Shown here piece after piece: positions 62,993-64,000 of a stretch of 64,000 nucleotides of DNA. The translations under genes and the position numbers were made by a program. Source of the stretch: Narcine bancroftii (taxonomy: Eukaryota); NCBI RefSeq assembly GCF_036971445.1, contig NC_091482.1:1426001-1490000 (forward strand), written 5' to 3'. Every line of letters begins with the position of its first letter. Position 1 is the stretch's first letter. A model generated the notes under the pieces. That model was not told where the DNA came from and ran no database searches. It saw only the letters and a list, made by a program, of their open reading frames with translations.

Positions 62993-63288
62993 AATGTGTG
63001 TGTTAGTGTGTCTATGTGAGTGTGTGTGACAGGATGTGTGTGAGTGTGTGTGAGTGAGTGTATGAGTGTGTGTGTGTATATGTGTGTGAGAGAGTGTGTA
63101 TGTGTGAGACTGCGTGAGAGTGTTTGTGTGAGAATCTGTGAGATTGTGTGTATGTGAGGGTGTGTGTGAGAGAGTGTCTGGGTGTGTGATTGAGAGTGTG
63201 CGTATGTGAGTGAGTGATTGAGAGTGTGTGTTAGTGTGTGTATGTGAGAGTGTTTGTGTGTAAGTGTGTGTATGTTAGGGTGTGTGAT

Positions 63289-63427
63289 NNNNNNNNNNNN
63301 NNNNNNNNNNNNNNNNNNNNNNNNNNNNNNNNNNNNNNNNNNNNNNNNNNNNNNNNNNNNNNNNNNNNNNNNNNNNNNNNNNNNNNNNNNNNNNNNNNNN
63401 NNNNNNNNNNNNNNNNNNNNNNNNNNN
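63289..63427. other. Assembly gap (139 N) within a (TG)-rich tract
   Basis: N run. Confidence 1.
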
Positions 63428-63720
63428 GGGTGTGTGTGAGTGTGTAAGTGTGTGTGTCAGCATGTGTGAGTGTGCGTGGGTGCACAATTGCACGTGTGGC
63501 TGTGAGATCCAGTGAGGTGCAGCCCCTGCTTTCAGCTGTATTTTCCTTGGGAATGAATGTAGCTGAGGTCCCTGTGACCAGTGGCCTGCTCCCTGCGCCT
63601 CTAACGTGGGGCCCGTGAATGACTCCAGTCAGACCCCAGAGATGGGGTTCCAGAGCTGAGCCCACCTGTCATTGTGTTCAAACGCACACACACTCACCAG
63701 CTGTGTTCTCCTTGCTGCAG

Positions 63721-63924
63721 GACTGAGAATGAAGCAAGCGTTCCTGAGTCAGGTCAGTCAGTACTACGGTGCCAGGCCTCGGGCTGTGGGGACCAACACA
63801 CAGCGGGAGGTGCAGGTCATCAACAGATGGATGAGAGGCCAAAGGGGAGACAAGATGAGCCAATTCATCAGGAAGATCCCAGCTAATCTCAGCCTGCTTT
63901 TGCTCAGTGCTGCCCAGCACCAAG
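63721..63924 (+). CDS. SERPINF1: SERPINF1 exon (LRMKQAFLSQVSQYYGARPR...INRWMRGQ...LLLLSAAQHQG); gene continues past the window
   Basis: cag/gtgagt; 204 bp; PEDF-like YG.RPR. Confidence 0.92.
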
Positions 63925-64000
63925 GTGAGTGTAGGGGCCAGGCGCAGGGTGGCATAGAGGAAGCGAACTGGACAACGCCTGTGGACAATCCCTGCAGGGG

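Overview
Eukaryotic (vertebrate) genomic DNA. The repeat content (CR1, Rex1/Babar, RTE, L1/Tx1, Penelope, many GC-rich minisatellites) suggests a cartilaginous fish, but that is inference. Most long ORFs in the supplied track are minisatellite artefacts. Real genes were rebuilt by hand from splice sites and exon phases. (1) Minus strand, ~8969-19472: a multi-exon single-pass receptor tyrosine kinase-like gene with a Ser/Thr-rich stalk, a TM helix and a complete kinase fold. Its motifs are degenerate (DFG->EFS, APE->PPE, broken Gly-loop), so it is a likely pseudokinase, and it has apparent frame lesions around the TM. (2) After a 200-N gap, the seven 3' exons of WDR81 (+), with one 1-bp frameshift; the 5' BEACH exons are absent. 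(3) Complete SERPINF2 (alpha-2-antiplasmin, +). (4) The first four coding exons of SERPINF1 (PEDF, +). WDR81-SERPINF2-SERPINF1 matches the human 17p13.3 order. Notable mobile-element structures: a 5'-inverted (twin-primed) RTE insertion with TSD, a solo LTR with a 4-bp TSD inside a CR1, and a four-layer LINE nest. No prokaryotic systems, CRISPR arrays or rRNA/tRNA genes are supported.
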